Part shown: positions 11,845 to 24,579 of the stretch, piece by piece
Layout: each line of letters begins with the position of its first letter
Position numbering within the stretch: the stretch's first letter is position 1
Assembly (NCBI GenBank): GCA_001724265.1
Contig: MEDY01000291.1
Coordinates: forward strand, 1-63,059
Length of the DNA stretch: 63,059 nucleotides
DNA from: Rhizaria sp. SCN 62-66
Lineage: Eukaryota
Direction of reading: 5' to 3'
Made by a program: the position numbers and the translations under genes
The notes under the pieces: generated by a model
What the model was told of the DNA's origin: nothing
The model's database searches: none
The model's input: the letters and a program-made list of their open reading frames with translations, nothing else

Positions 11845-14800
11845 ATGAGCGCCCCCGCGTCCCAGCAAGCTCAGGCCGCCGACTCCAGCAATGGCAGCAA
11901 CAACAAGCAGCAGCCTCAGTCTCAGCCTGAGAGCAGCAGCCTCGGCGGCAACGCCGGCGCTGCGGACCCCGAGTCCGCCGAACCGGTCCCCGAGAAGGCG
12001 AGCATGTGGAGCTTTGGCGGCATGTCCACGCGCTTCAAGGGCTTCCTGCACAAGAACCAGGACAAGATCTCCCAGGTCCGTCCTCCTTAACGTCTTGCAT
12101 AGCACAGAACTGAATCGTTAGGCGTTGATGGTGTATATCGAATGAACTTAGACTTAAACTCGTGCATTGTGTTTTCATACGATATATTTATTGTAAGTCT
12201 CTTGTTATTTGAGCATCTGTGCAGATATCTTGCTGTCCTCCTATCGCCATTGCTCATCCCTCCGTTTCTCTGGCTACCTTCACTTGCTCGACCACAGGTG
12301 ACGTCGCAGCTCTCCCACGTTGGCTCCAAGCTCAACTCCGTCTCCCACTCTGTCGTTGACTTCCTTAAGACGGTGGCCTCTGACGATATCTCGCTGTCGA
12401 ACATCGACCCCGAGGCCATCGGCATCAACTACATCACCAAGCGCCTCATCATCATGCGCTACCCGTCGGACGAGGAGGACCCCTTCACGGGCCGCCCCAT
12501 CGACGTGCTCTCGCGCTTCCTCAACGCGCGCCACCCATCGCGCTACATGCTCTGGAACCTCTCGGAGCGCCAGTACGACTACACGAAGTTCAACGACCAG
12601 GTCATCGAGTTCTCCTTCCCGGGCTTCCCCGCGCCACCGCTGGACCGTCTGTTCGAGATCTGCAACTCTCTCTTCGGCTGGCTCTCGGCCGACCTGTCCA
12701 ACGTCGCCGTGCTGCACTGCCAGACGGGCACGGGCCGCTCCGTCGTCGTCGCCGCCGCCTTCCTGGCTTGGGTCGGCTACAAGACTCGCGATCCCGTCGA
12801 GGCGCTGCGCCTCGTGGCCGCCCGCATCGGCGCGCCGCGGCCCTCGGCGCTGGTGATCCCCTCGCAGGTGCGCACGCTCAGCTACGTTCGCCGGCTGCTG
12901 CGCGACGAATTACCGTCCCCCGCTCCGCTTATACTGGAGCGCGTCATCCTCAACGGCATCCCCGCCTGCGAGGACGACGGTTCCTGCCGACCCTACATCC
13001 AAATCTTCAAGAACGGCAAGCTCGTCTTCTCATCCACGCAGCCCCTCGCCTCCGCCAAGGCCCCGCTCCCGCTCCCCGCCGCCGCCGCTGACTCGGCGAA
13101 CGCCGGCGCCAGCGCCAACAACGCCGACGCCAGTGCGACTGCGGCCGAGACGGCGGACGGGACCGTGTCCGCGTCGACTAACAGCCGTCTGCGCGCTGCG
13201 ACGGCGCCCCGCGGCGGGCTGCAGTGGTACTCGCCGCACGACGAGGCCGCGCTCTTCCACGTGGGGCTCCCGCTCGAGGGCGACGTGCTGATCCGCGTGC
13301 GCCACGTCTCGCGCGACCTGCGCCGCGACACGATCCTGCGCTGTTCGCTCCACACAGGCTATCTCGAGCCAGGGCTGGTGCGTCTGCCCGTGGCCGAGCT
13401 CGACGCCGCGTGCGCGGACCCGCGCTTCCCCAAGACCTTCACGCTGGACCTCATCCTGCGCGCCGCCGTCGCCGCCGGGCCCGGCGCGACGGCCACCGAG
13501 GAGAACGAGGCCTTCTGGAAGCACATGATCCACCGCCACCGCAAGGTCAACCGCGCGCGTGCGCGGGCCGCCGCAGAGGCCAACGCCGCCGCCGCCGCCG
13601 CGTTCGCGGCCGAGAACGGCGGCGGCGGCGCTGCGGCCGGCGGCGCTGCTGGAGCGGCGGCTGCGGCCGCAGAGGACGCCGCCGCCGTGGCCGAGGGTGT
13701 CACTGCCGTGAACGCGAGCGTGAGCGTTGCACCGGACTTCAAGAAGCTCTTCAGCGCCGCCGTCGACGACGACGACGATGATGAGGACGAGGGCGTTGCT
13801 AGCAAGGCCTCCGGAGCCGGCGCAGCGAGAGCGGGGGCGAAGCCGGCGCCTGCGGCCTCTGCTCCCGCCGCGGCAGCTGGCTCCAACGTCAATGCCAGTG
13901 CCAGTGTGGGTGCGGGTGGTAAGGGCAAGAGTAAGAAGCCGTTGAGCTTCCACTTTCTCGACGACGACGAGGAAGGGGAGAACGAGGACGACGACGACGA
14001 CGAGGAGGACAGTGGTGACAAGAAGAAGGCAGCTGCTGGCTCGGGCCCCGTTCCCGCCGGCGTGCGCGTCGCCAGAGGGGGCACCAAGGCTGAGGACGAC
14101 GCCACCGGCAAGGTGAACATCCACCTCACGCAGAGCGACTCGGACGAGTCGGACGGCGACTTCTTCACCAAGATCAACAAGAGCGACGCCACCCCCGCGG
14201 CCGCCCCCGCTGCTGTGGCCAAGAAAGACGACGTCTCCGCTGCCGCCGCTCCCGCTCCCGCCGCTCCCGCTCCCGCCGCTGCTGTTGCGGTTGCCGCTGC
14301 GGCGACGGCGACTGCTGCTGCAAATAGTAGTGCGGACAAGTCCGATTTTGACGAGTTCGACCTCATCTCCGTCCCGCCGGCCGCCAAGCCCGCCGAGGCG
14401 AAGCCCGCTGAGGCCGAGGCCAAGCCCTCCGCCGCTGACGCGGCCGCGGCCAGCGCCCTGTTCGACCTCATGACGTCGAGCTCCATCCCCGCCCTCACTG
14501 CCGCACCTCCTGCCGCCGCTGCCCCCGCCCCTGCTCCGGCGGCGGCTAAGCCTGCTGCTGCGGCTACGAAGCCCGCTGCGAGTACCAGCTTGGGCAGCGA
14601 CTTCGACGACCTGGACGCCATGATGGCCGAGATGGGCATTGCCACCACCAAGCCCGCCGCGGCTGCCACTGCTCCTAACGCCGCTGCGGCCAAGGCTGCG
14701 TCGCCCAAGACTGCCGAGGCAGACCCGATGGACGACATCGACGCCTTCCTGTCATCCGCCGCAGCCCCCGCCGCCGCCCCCGCCGCCGCCGCCGCTGCGA

Positions 14801-14904
14801 AGCCCAGTGCCAAGGTCAGTGGGATTGATACCACGACCACGGACTTGAGCGAGCTTGAGGCCATGCTGGGGCTGGTGCCGTCGTCGCCGCGCGACTTGCC
14901 TTGA
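11845..14904 (+). CDS. PTEN/tensin-type phosphatase plus C2 domain protein with acidic/Ala-rich tail, ~945 aa
   Basis: Exons 11845-12075 and 12298-14904 (intron GTCCGT..CAG). Motifs YITKRLIIM, YMLWNLSERQYD, VLHCQTGTGRS (CX5R), PSQVR, CRPYIQI, GDVLIRV and FPKTFTLDL. Stop is TGA. Confidence 0.88.
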
Positions 14905-15580
14905 GCGGTGAGCGCGACCTAGTAATCAAAGAGATTAGAGTACTATTTGCTGTCAGGGGTTAGAACGACAGTTAACTGGTCAGATGTTGTATGATTTATT
15001 GAATCTTTTCTATTGATATATTTTGTTTAAACCTGCATAAAATATGTTGTTTCTTGTGTAACTACTTTGATTCAACGTTGTCTTTCTTGTCATAACGTGC
15101 ATAAATGACAATGACCACAAACGAAATGCACGCGTGTTACTCTTTCCAGCAACAAGATATGGGTTGGTTAAACGCTGCTAAATAGGGTGAAACAAGGATA
15201 TGATATGTATACAGATCTGGGCAGTGTTACAACAATTATATATCGCTATTTGCCTCGACCAGACGGCGTTATGCAAGAAAATGTGGTAGTTGCTCAAGAG
15301 AACACGTCGTACGGTGTGGCCGCTGACGAAAGTCGGGAACTCCGTTCGGAAGAATCAGGCATCTGTTGGCATTATTCCATTCGTCATTTCCGCATGTGGC
15401 TTGATGTATCGCCGGTGTATAGCAGCAGTTTCTACAATACTATTTGCGATTTCTTACACATACTCATCTGTCTCTCTGTATTGCGCTTTCTTAGACACCA
15501 CCCTCGAACCTCTATCCCACCCAACGACTCGACTCTCGTCTTGCATCACAGCCCACCCTCGCGTCCCCTCGTTCTTCCCG

Positions 15581-17791
15581 ATGATGCACCGCCTTGGTCT
15601 GGCGGTTGCGCGCTCGCACCTGCGCGCCAAGCCCGCTGCAGCCGCCCCCGCCCCGCTCGAGACGGCCTGCCGCTCCCTCACGACCGCGACCTCTGCCACC
15701 GCCTCCCTCATCTCCGCGACCGCCTCCGCCGCCGCCGCGTCGGCCCTGGTTCCCGCGACGTCCTCGCCTTTCCTCAGCACGCTCGCGCGTCGCTATGCGT
15801 CGACCTCGCGCCCCGCGCTGCGCCTCGCCGCCGCCGCGACGGGCGCGGCCGCCGCGCTGGGCCTCGGTCTCGCGTGGGCAGCCCACACAGCCTCCGCCGC
15901 CTACGCCACCGCGGCCAGCTCCGCCGCCACGGGCTCTGCGCAGGCTGTGGCCCCGCGGTCGCCGCACGCCGGCGTGCCCGCGCCTCCTGCTGCCCGTGGC
16001 GGCGGCGCTGCGGCGACGGCGACGGGCGCCACCGCGGCAGGACTCTCCTTCACCTCGCTCGGCCGGAGCAGCAACGCCGACACCGGCGCTGCTGACGGCG
16101 CCGCCGCCAGCGCCCCCGCGGCCGCGGCGAGCACCGAGGTGCCGTACCCGCCGTTTGGCACGCCCGTGCCCGGTGCACGCCCCGTGCGCTTCGCCCACGT
16201 CACGGACCTGCACTGGCTGGCACCTGCGCTGCCCAGTCCCTACTCCCTCTTCGGCAAGCGGCTCATCGGGTACACCAACCTGCACGTCTTCGGCCGCAAG
16301 AGGCAGTTCGAGAACGAAGCGAGGTACGTTCATTACTTTACAAAGTGTATAATTCACAGCTCATGTCTGTATATTCTGATATTGTATCAGTACTTCTGTT
16401 TTTATCCTCAATATCTCTCCGCTAAGTGCATATCCCGCAATTCTCTCACGCCCTATTTATTTTTTCACATCCCGCCGCTGTCGCTCGCGCCCCACAGGGA
16501 CGCGATCCTGCAGGCCCTGATCGACCAGGACCCCGACTTCGTGGTCATCACCGGCGACCTCACGTCGACGGCTCTCCCCGGCGAGTACGAGCAGGCCTCC
16601 GAAGCGCTCCTCCCGCTGACGTCGCGCTTCCCCGTGTTCCTGATCCCGGGCAACCACGATGTGTACACGCAGGGCGCGCAAAAGGGCGGGCGCATCCGCC
16701 GCTGGTTCGCGCCGCTCATGGCCAGCCGCATGATGGACCACGGCACCGCCAAGGCTATCGTCACCACCGTGTCGGAGACGGTGACCACGACGACCACCAG
16801 TCCCCCGGGCGCCTCCGGCAAGCAGCAGCAGCAGCAGCAGGGGCAGCAGCAGGGGCGGGTGACCACGGTGACGACGGTCACGCGCGAGGAGGTCGACGTG
16901 AGCGAGCCCCGTCGCAAGGGCCTCATCTGGCCCACCGCCACCAAGCAGCAGCAGCAGCAGCAACAACAACAGCAAGCCATCGCGCAGCAACAGCATATTG
17001 ACAGTGGCAACGCGGCCTCGGAGGCTCCTCGCGCCAACGCCGACGACGGCGACAGCGTCAGTGCGACCGCGGCCGCGCCTGCAAAGGCTGGGTCGGGTGG
17101 CGTCGTGCAGCCGCCGTTCGCGGTGGCGCCCGGCCTGGAGACGCTGCCGGTCTTCACCTACGGCCCCGTGACCATCCTGGGCATGGACCCCTGCGTGCCC
17201 ACGGTCATCGGCTCCCGCGGCAAGTACAACAAGGAACAGACCGACGCGCTCGCCCGCGCGCTCGGCGCCCCCACGGTCGGCCAGGGCTCCACCGCCCCCG
17301 CTGAGACAGAGGGCGCGGAGACTGTGAGCGCATCGAACCCCGACGCCGCGGCCGGGGTGAGTCCGGCCAATGTGGGCGGGCTCCGGGGCGTGCAGCTGCT
17401 GGCGCAGAACTACATCAAGGCCGCCCACCGCGACCTTAAGGCGTACATCTTCAACACGCCCGTCGGCAGCGCCGGCAGTGCGGGCAGCAGCAAGAATAGC
17501 GCGAATGTGGCGACGGAGAACGCGAGCGCCGCGGCGGCCGCTTCTGGCTCTGTCGGCAGTGGAAGCAGCACTGCCGTGAAGACCGCCGAGTTGTTCGAGG
17601 ACAAGGTGCACCGCCTGTCCCAGTCTGAGATCGCCGCCCTCGTCGCCGACACGCAGCGCGACCTTCAGCAGGACTTCTCGGCCGCCGTCGCCAGCCGCCT
17701 CGGCGGCGCCAACTACCCCGCCGTGATCAGCATCAGCAACCCCACGGCCACGGGCGCGCCTCCCGGCGCCTCGTCCTCCTCTGCTGCTCCT

Positions 17792-17834
<43 letters not shown>

Positions 17835-19238
17835 CGCCTGCGCTGGACGCTGCGACCGCGAGCGCTGGCGTGGAGAGCGTGATCACGCCGGCCGCGGCGG
17901 GCGTGGACGTCACCCCGCTCGCGCTGGAGAACCAGTTCGTGGTGCTGGCCACCCACTACCCCGTGCTGGACCGGTCGGGGCTGCCGTACCACACGGTGCA
18001 CAAGATGCACTCGGCGCGCAACAACGACACGCTGCTGCGCGTGCTCGAGACGGCCGTGCGCAAGCCGGAGCTGATCATCCACGGACACGACCACATGGGC
18101 TTCTGTGCGCCGCTCCCGCTCACCACGGCGGTGACCGTGAGCACCGCGGGTTCTGGCGCGGGCACGGTCACGAGTACAGGCGTGAGCGAGGAGATGGAGA
18201 CCGCGATGGACCGCAAGGCGGCGTACCTTCAGTCCGCCGCTGCCCACGGCCACAAGTCCGACACGCATAGCAGCACCGGCGGCAAGAAGAGCTTCGTGGC
18301 CAAGGGCAACGGCGACAAAGACGGCAACGGCTTTTGGGCCCAGCTCAAGCGCGCGGTGCTACCCGCGTCGCGCCCCGCATCTTCGCTCGTTGACAGCACT
18401 GGCGCTGACTCTGCCGTCTCTGCCGCCGCCGCTGCTGCAGCTGTCGACGGCGCGAGAGCTGACAACGCAGCCACCACGGCTCTGGCTGCCGCGGCCGGGG
18501 ACTGGGGCGCGGGCACCGAGGCCCGCGCCGCGGCCGAGGCCGAGCGCGCCGCCGCCGCGGTCGCCTGGCGCCACAGCGGCCGCCGCGGCAACAGTGGTGA
18601 GGAGATCGTTGAGGTGCCGATCCACTGCCCCGGCTCCGGCGGCCTCGCCTACAAGGTACGCTACAACTCACTGAATCGCCATGTTCATTATGATTGACAA
18701 ATGGTGTTTGCGTATAGTGACGATATACTATAATGTGTATAATGTCTGAGTGCACCTTTTTATCTTTGTTCTCACGTATGTTATCTCTTGCTTTTTCATA
18801 TTTTTTGTTTGTTTGCCTCTGCCGCCTCAGGAGCCTAAGGGCACCAAGGACTGGCACAAGTACGCCGCCTTCAACATCTACACCGTCACACCCAAGTCTG
18901 CCGCCGGCGCCGGCTCTGGCAGCGCGGCCGTGGGCCCGAACGCGGACATGCCGGTGCAGGACCTGCTCGAGACGAGCGACAAGCCCCTGGTGCAGTACTG
19001 CGACGCGCCCGTGGGCGACGTCAACCGGCGCTCGGGCTTCACGCTCGACGTCGCGCGCTTCGTGCACGACGGCAGCCGCGTGCTGCGCGAGAAGGACCTC
19101 TACACGTTCGTGGCGCCACCCACTGAGGCCATCGCGGCGGCCAACGCGGCCGCCGAGGCCAAGGCCAAGCGCGCCGCGGCCAATAACGCCAACGCGCCGG
19201 CGACGAAGAAGAACACGTTTGGCGATGACCATGCGTGA
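15581..19238 (+). CDS. Calcineurin-like metallophosphoesterase (CpdA/Icc-like) with probable mitochondrial targeting peptide, ~1102 aa
   Basis: Exons 15581-16323, 16498-18655 and 18831-19238. Motifs VTDLH, ITGDLT, PGNHD, THYP and HGHDH. Arg/Ala/Ser-rich N-terminus. Stop is TGA. Confidence 0.85.
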
Positions 19239-19552
19239 GTGAGGAATGCTGTGGCTGAGTTTGGTTAAGAAAGAAAAAGGTTTCAGTGAGATGTCGCGTA
19301 TTTTGTGTTCTGTGGCTGCTCACAGTCCAAGCTCGGCCTGTTCGCGTCGTCGCGATCGAGTTCCGACCGAGAGCTGTTTTGATTGTGATTCAAATGCTTT
19401 AGTTTCTCCGACAGGACGCATCTTGGTGTGCGTTTCGCTATTAATATACACTGCTATTTATTCCTGCTTTTTAATATTTCTCTCTGTCGTCGTCTTTTCA
19501 CTCATTTCATCTCTCGATGCGTGTTCTTCTCCGTATGCAGACCTTCGCCAGT

Positions 19553-20753
19553 ATGTCCGCTGCTTCCGAGTCCATCTACGGCATCATCTCCCCTTCCCTG
19601 CTCTCCGCTGACTTCGGCTTCCTCGCCCGCGATGCGCAGATTATGGTTGAGGCTGGTACGTCTTCTGTTTCATCTCATAACCGCGCCATCTACCGCATTT
19701 CCCGTGTAGCTTGAAGAGCTCTCTCGGACGTCGCTCACTTGCTGATCTCGAACTCGATCTATCGCTCTTTCCCCTCTCTCAGGCGCTGACACCCTCCACG
19801 TCGACGTCATGGACGGCCATTTTGTGCCTAACATCTCGTTCGGCATCCCCGCTGTCACCGGCCTGCGCAAGCACTCGAAGGCTTTCCTCGACTGCCACCT
19901 CATGGTGTCGAACCCGCGCCAGTGGCTGCCCGTCTTTGCTAAGATCGGCGTCGACGGTTTTACGTTCCACGCAGAGGCCGTTGGTACGTCTTCAAAACCA
20001 ACACGAATACTTCCCGGTTTCTCCTTTCATGTCGAATATCATCTGTTCATGCTAGATCTTGCACTCTCCTCTTGCTCACGTCTGATGCTCCCCGCGTTGG
20101 TCTATCTTGTATCTACCCCTAGACTCCGCCGAGGCCGTCGCGCTGCTGAAGGACATCAAGGCCCTGGGCATCCGCGCCGGCATTGCGCTCAAGCCTAAGA
20201 CGCCGATCGAGGGTATCGTCGAGTCCGGCGCCGCCGCCGAGGCCGACATGGTCCTCGTCATGACCGTCGAGCCCGGTACGTTCCACCCCCATGACAAAAC
20301 CACACAAAATGTGGTATATCTGGGAACGATAATGCCATATAATCACAAAATTCAGTATTGAAGTGTTATATCACTTAACTACCGAAGTTTCATGTCTTCT
20401 TCTCTCACTTCGCTCATATTGACCTTCACTCTCTTGCTCTGTTGTTTGTTTGACCGCTGCTCTCAGGCTTCGGCGGCCAGTCGTTCATGGGCGACATGAT
20501 GCCCAAGGTCTCCGCCCTGCGCGCACTCTTCCCGCACAAGATGATCCAGGTCGACGGCGGCGTCGACACGACGACCATCGCCACCGTCGCCGACGCGGGC
20601 GCCAACGTCATCGTCTCCGGCTCCGGCGTGTTCAAGGCTAAGTCGCACAAGGACGCTATGGACACGATGCGCGAGACCGTCAACACTGCGCTCAAGGCCA
20701 AGGGGCTCAACGTCGTCCCCGTCGCGCCGCTCCAGAGCACGCACGCGCAGTGA
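19553..20753 (+). CDS. RPE: Ribulose-phosphate 3-epimerase, ~247 aa
   Basis: Exons 19553-19655, 19783-19983, 20123-20275 and 20467-20753. Motifs [47 protein letters not shown] and IQVDGG. Stop is TGA. Confidence 0.97.
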
Positions 20754-21335
20754 AGCTACTCTCGCGCGTTATTCGCGAAGTTAAGCCGCCGCTCTCGCGT
20801 CACTCATGCTCTGTGAGAGTGAAGTGTGGATGCTGAGCTCGCCCGATGTTTGCTGTTGCAGTTTGTTTTTGTTTCGTGAAGATGAAGAGTGATCGTGGAA
20901 GAGTGATCGTGTAAGTCAAGATTACAATACAGGTCAGATACGTTTTATTCCGCGACTCATTTGTTTGAATGACACGATTTAGTATACGTTGCGATGAAGT
21001 GGTGCTGTTGAAGAAAATACATATTGTATTGGATTATTGTGTGTCAAGAAAGATATAAGAGCGATGCTTGGCGCATTGTTCCGACAACTTTTGATTGACT
21101 ACGACCGACTGAGAGGCTGAAACAACGCTTGTTTTCAGCTTCCGTTTGAAAGCAATTTTAAAAGGATCACAAATAGAATAAGAAATATTACATTCGGAGA
21201 CTGACGGCAACAAGACTCGAACACAGAAGGAGCACAAAAACAATTAGAATCAACAAAGAGCAAACGGCGAAGCGATTGCTCTTTCATGCGAGTTTGTTTT
21301 GCTTCGTCGCTAACTAGCTAATGAGTTTGCTTTGC

Positions 21336-22529
21336 TTACTTCTGCTTCTTGTTGCTGAAAGCGGGGACGCCAAGCTCGAGCAGCTTGCCGTACGCGGCGG
21401 AGAAGTCCTTGAAGAAGGTCTCCTCGTCCTTGGCGTAGAGGTCGACGTACTTGCGGAACTCGGGATCCCATAGGAACACCATGTCGGCCGGCAGCATCAT
21501 GAGGTCCTTGGCGCCCGCGTTCTCGTACTGCTCGGGTCCGTCCCACTTGCGCACCTGCCACTTCTCCTCCAGCAGCGTCGTGTAGAACATGTTGCTGAAC
21601 GTGGTCGGCGCGCGCGTCCAGGGCCCGTCGTAGCCCGACGCGTTGCGGTGGGTCTTGCCCAGCGCGTGGGCGCCGATCAGCGCAGTGATCTCGCGGTCGT
21701 TAAAGCCCATGCGGTAGAAGACGTCGCGCACATGGCTCGCGCCCTGTGCCGCGTCGGGCAGCAGCCCGTCGGGCAGCGGCTTGAGCAGCGGCGAGGCCGG
21801 ACTGGGGGAGGAGAGCGCGCGCACATCGGCGTCTGAGCGGCCCGCGCGCCACGGGATGGCGGGGCCGCCCGCGGACTCGATGGCCACGACGGCGGCCAGC
21901 GTCCAGAGGTCGGCGTACGAGATCTGCGGAAACTGCTTCTTGACACTCTCGAGACGGTCGCGGGCGATCTTAAGGCCGTTGTTGGCGCCCCACTTGGACT
22001 CGGGGTCGAAGCGCATCGTGGCGCCATTGGAGCCGCCGGTGCCGCTGGCGGCGTTGTACGTGCCCGACGCGTGCCACGCAAGGCGCACGTAGATGGGGCC
22101 GTAGCTGCCGTGGCCGTCGTAGTTAGCGTCGCCGCTGTCGAGAGTCTCCTCGATGGCCTCGCGGATGCGCGGCTCGAGCTCCTTGATCTGCTTCTGGTAG
22201 GCAGGGTCCTGGCCGTCGATCACCCAGAGGCCGACAGCGGCCGCCGCGGCGACGGAGGAGCCCGACAGCAGGGAGCGGAAGTCGAAGCCAGAGTTGGAGT
22301 TGTGAGAGTTGTTGTTCTGCTTCTTGTGGTCGTTGGAGCGCTGCTCCTGCTTGTACTGGTAAGTCGTAACGGGGAGGACAGCGAGATCGGCGGCGACAGG
22401 GCGAGCGGCAGCAGTCGAGATAGCGCGGGTGGTGGCCGTGGTGAGCGCAGAGGCGCGAGTGGTGAGAGCGGAAGTCGCGACAGCAGACGCGAGCGGACGC
22501 GAAATGCGGGCGACGGTGCGAGAAAGCAT
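21336..22529 (-). CDS. CCP1: Mitochondrial cytochrome c peroxidase (class I heme peroxidase), 397 aa, intronless
   Basis: Distal RLAWHASG, GGSNGATMRF, proximal GAHALG, YDGPWT (radical Trp) and LMMLPAD. N-terminal presequence MLSRTVARISR. Stop is TAA. Confidence 0.9.
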   Translation of the reverse strand: MLSRTVARISRPLASAVATSALTTRASALTTATTRAISTAAARPVAADLAVLPVTTYQYKQEQRSNDHKKQNNNSHNSNSGFDFRSLLSGSSVAAAAAVGLWVIDGQDPAYQKQIKELEPRIREAIEETLDSGDANYDGHGSYGPIYVRLAWHASGTYNAASGTGGSNGATMRFDPESKWGANNGLKIARDRLESVKKQFPQISYADLWTLAAVVAIESAGGPAIPWRAGRSDADVRALSSPSPASPLLKPLPDGLLPDAAQGASHVRDVFYRMGFNDREITALIGAHALGKTHRNASGYDGPWTRAPTTFSNMFYTTLLEEKWQVRKWDGPEQYENAGAKDLMMLPADMVFLWDPEFRKYVDLYAKDEETFFKDFSAAYGKLLELGVPAFSNKKQK

Positions 22530-23291
22530 TTTAACTTTGAATGGCGAAGGCGTGAAGAGGAACACAAAAGTGAATATATTGATGCAAGAAGCAAATTTAA
22601 TGAGATATCGTGACGTGTCGCTAAGGTGACAGCATAAACATACATTGTAATATCAAAACAATCGCATTCTAATGCGAGATCATGGGAGTGGACGATGAAA
22701 CAGCCACCAACGCGAATCGATAGGTTTCGAGCGAAGGGGAAGATATGCAAGTTGCAGGGTCCAGTTCACGATGTATATCGCGTGCCTAACGCGCAAAATT
22801 AAGTGTACAATGAGAACTTAACTCGTTGTTTTCTTTCAAATATGCATCAATACTTAGACAGTAGATCTTCCTCGTGATTTGCGAAATCCAGCATTTGCAT
22901 TCGAACCTATCTTCCGTCCTTCGTTCGCGAGCGGCTTGGCGGTCGAGTTTGGAATGCGGTTTGTGGTGAAATGTGAAATGTACGTTATACGCATGATGCA
23001 TCATGCAGGAGTGGCTAAAAGACATAAGCCCACAAGAAATTGTGTTATCTATGACAAATACGTGTTAATTCGTCTTTATAGATCGACATTGGAAAGATAT
23101 AGATCTGTCTTTGATTCTCACATTGCGCCGGTTCGCAAAAAAGCCAAGTGACTGTGGGTTCACGGTCGGTTCCAGGCGGCCTGCATTAAATCCGCAATCT
23201 GGGGAGCCGGGGACCGAGCTGTGTGTGTCTCGACCTCAGCGGCCGACTCTTTCGAGGTTGTTTTGCGAGGTATTGCATTCCAGGTAACAGA

Positions 23292-24161
23292 ATGGTACGT
23301 TTCTAGACAATTCATGAGCCTTTCAAATCTATTGGTTCTATTCATTTCTCTTGTGGAGCCGACTGTCTGGCACACCAATGTCTTTTCAATCGGCTCTTGG
23401 CCCAGCCGCTGGTTGCTCCTACTGCTCTTCTCCAACGTTCCCGCTGCCGCGCCCCGCGCCCGGGCTGCGTCTCGCTTCCTTCCCTCGACATACCTCACAC
23501 TCCACTCTTTCCCCTGACGACTATGTCTTTATCCGCTGCCCCTTCCCCCCTGCACACACAGGCTCTTATCGTCGAGGACGCTGACTTCAAGCACATCCTC
23601 CGTATTCTCAACACCAACATCCACGGCAAGGAGAAGGTCGTCTATGCCCTCACCGAGATCCGTGGTGTCGGCCGCCGCTTCGCTGACATCGCTTGCAAGC
23701 GCGCCAACGTCGACTCCAAGAAGCGGTACGTCTACGCCTACAACGCTTTTCCCAGTCAGCAGCGAAGCAACCTCTCGCTCTGGTCCTGCCGCGCTCCTGT
23801 AGATGAATGTCGCTGCTCTCTCTACGCTCCTCAACGCATCAGTCTCACTCACTTTTCTCCCATTGTTCTTCCGCCTTTCTTTTGTCCCCTTGTTTTCCCT
23901 CCCCCGCAGCGCTGGTGAGCTGACTGAGGCCGAGCTCGAGTCCATCAAGACCGTCCTCGAGTCCCCCGAGAACTTCAACATCCCCGCCTGGTTCCTCAAC
24001 CGTCAGCGCGACCGCGACACCGGCAAGACCTTCCAGCTCATCGGCTCCACCGTTGACACTTGCCTCCGTAACGACCTCGAGCGCACATCCGTGTCCGTGG
24101 CCAGCACACCAAGAGCAACGGCCGTCACCGTGGCACCACCTCCCTCATTGCTGGCAAGTAA
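23292..24161 (+). CDS. RPS18: 40S ribosomal protein S18 (uS13); as assembled it has an internal deletion and frameshift at ~24084-24086
   Basis: Exon 1 is ATG only (23292-23294, followed by GTACGT), exon 2 is 23562-23725 (ALIVEDADFKHILRILNTNI...GVGRRFA), exon 3 starts at 23910 (RAGEL...NIPAWFLNRQRD...LRNDLER). The C-terminal IRVRGQHTKSNGR...K* lies in another frame and ends at TAA 24159-24161. Confidence 0.92.
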
Positions 24162-24579
24162 ATTTGTCAACATGAGCGCTAACCGTCGATAACTTGGAAT
24201 ACACAAATCCCTCTCTACAATCAACCATGCTATCTCGTCTCTCTCTCTTGTCCTGCTCTTTCTTTCATCTCCTCCACGAAGGCCGCTTGACTGACCCTCC
24301 CGTCGGTCGACGCGGCAGTTTGCGATGCAGTTCATTTCTCCGCAGCACAGTCGTGTATATGCAGTTTGACCTTCTTTCAGGCGCTTTTACGGGTGCTAAT
24401 TTTCTTGTCATGTTTTAGAATCTCCTGTAATGACCTGTATTGTCTTGAAACATATCCCTGACCCAAGGAGCGGTGTTGTCTGACCCCCTCCATTCATGTC
24501 GCTACACTCACACCTTTTCCCGACTTGTCTCACGCTTCAAACCACCTTGCTCGAATCCGGCATCTGCTTTTGTATCTAG

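Noticed and set aside
23523-23561. Alternative RPS18 start MSLSAAPSPLHTQ
   Set aside because: It lies in the pyrimidine tract of intron 1; ATG-GTACGT at 23292 gives the typical ATG-only first exon.
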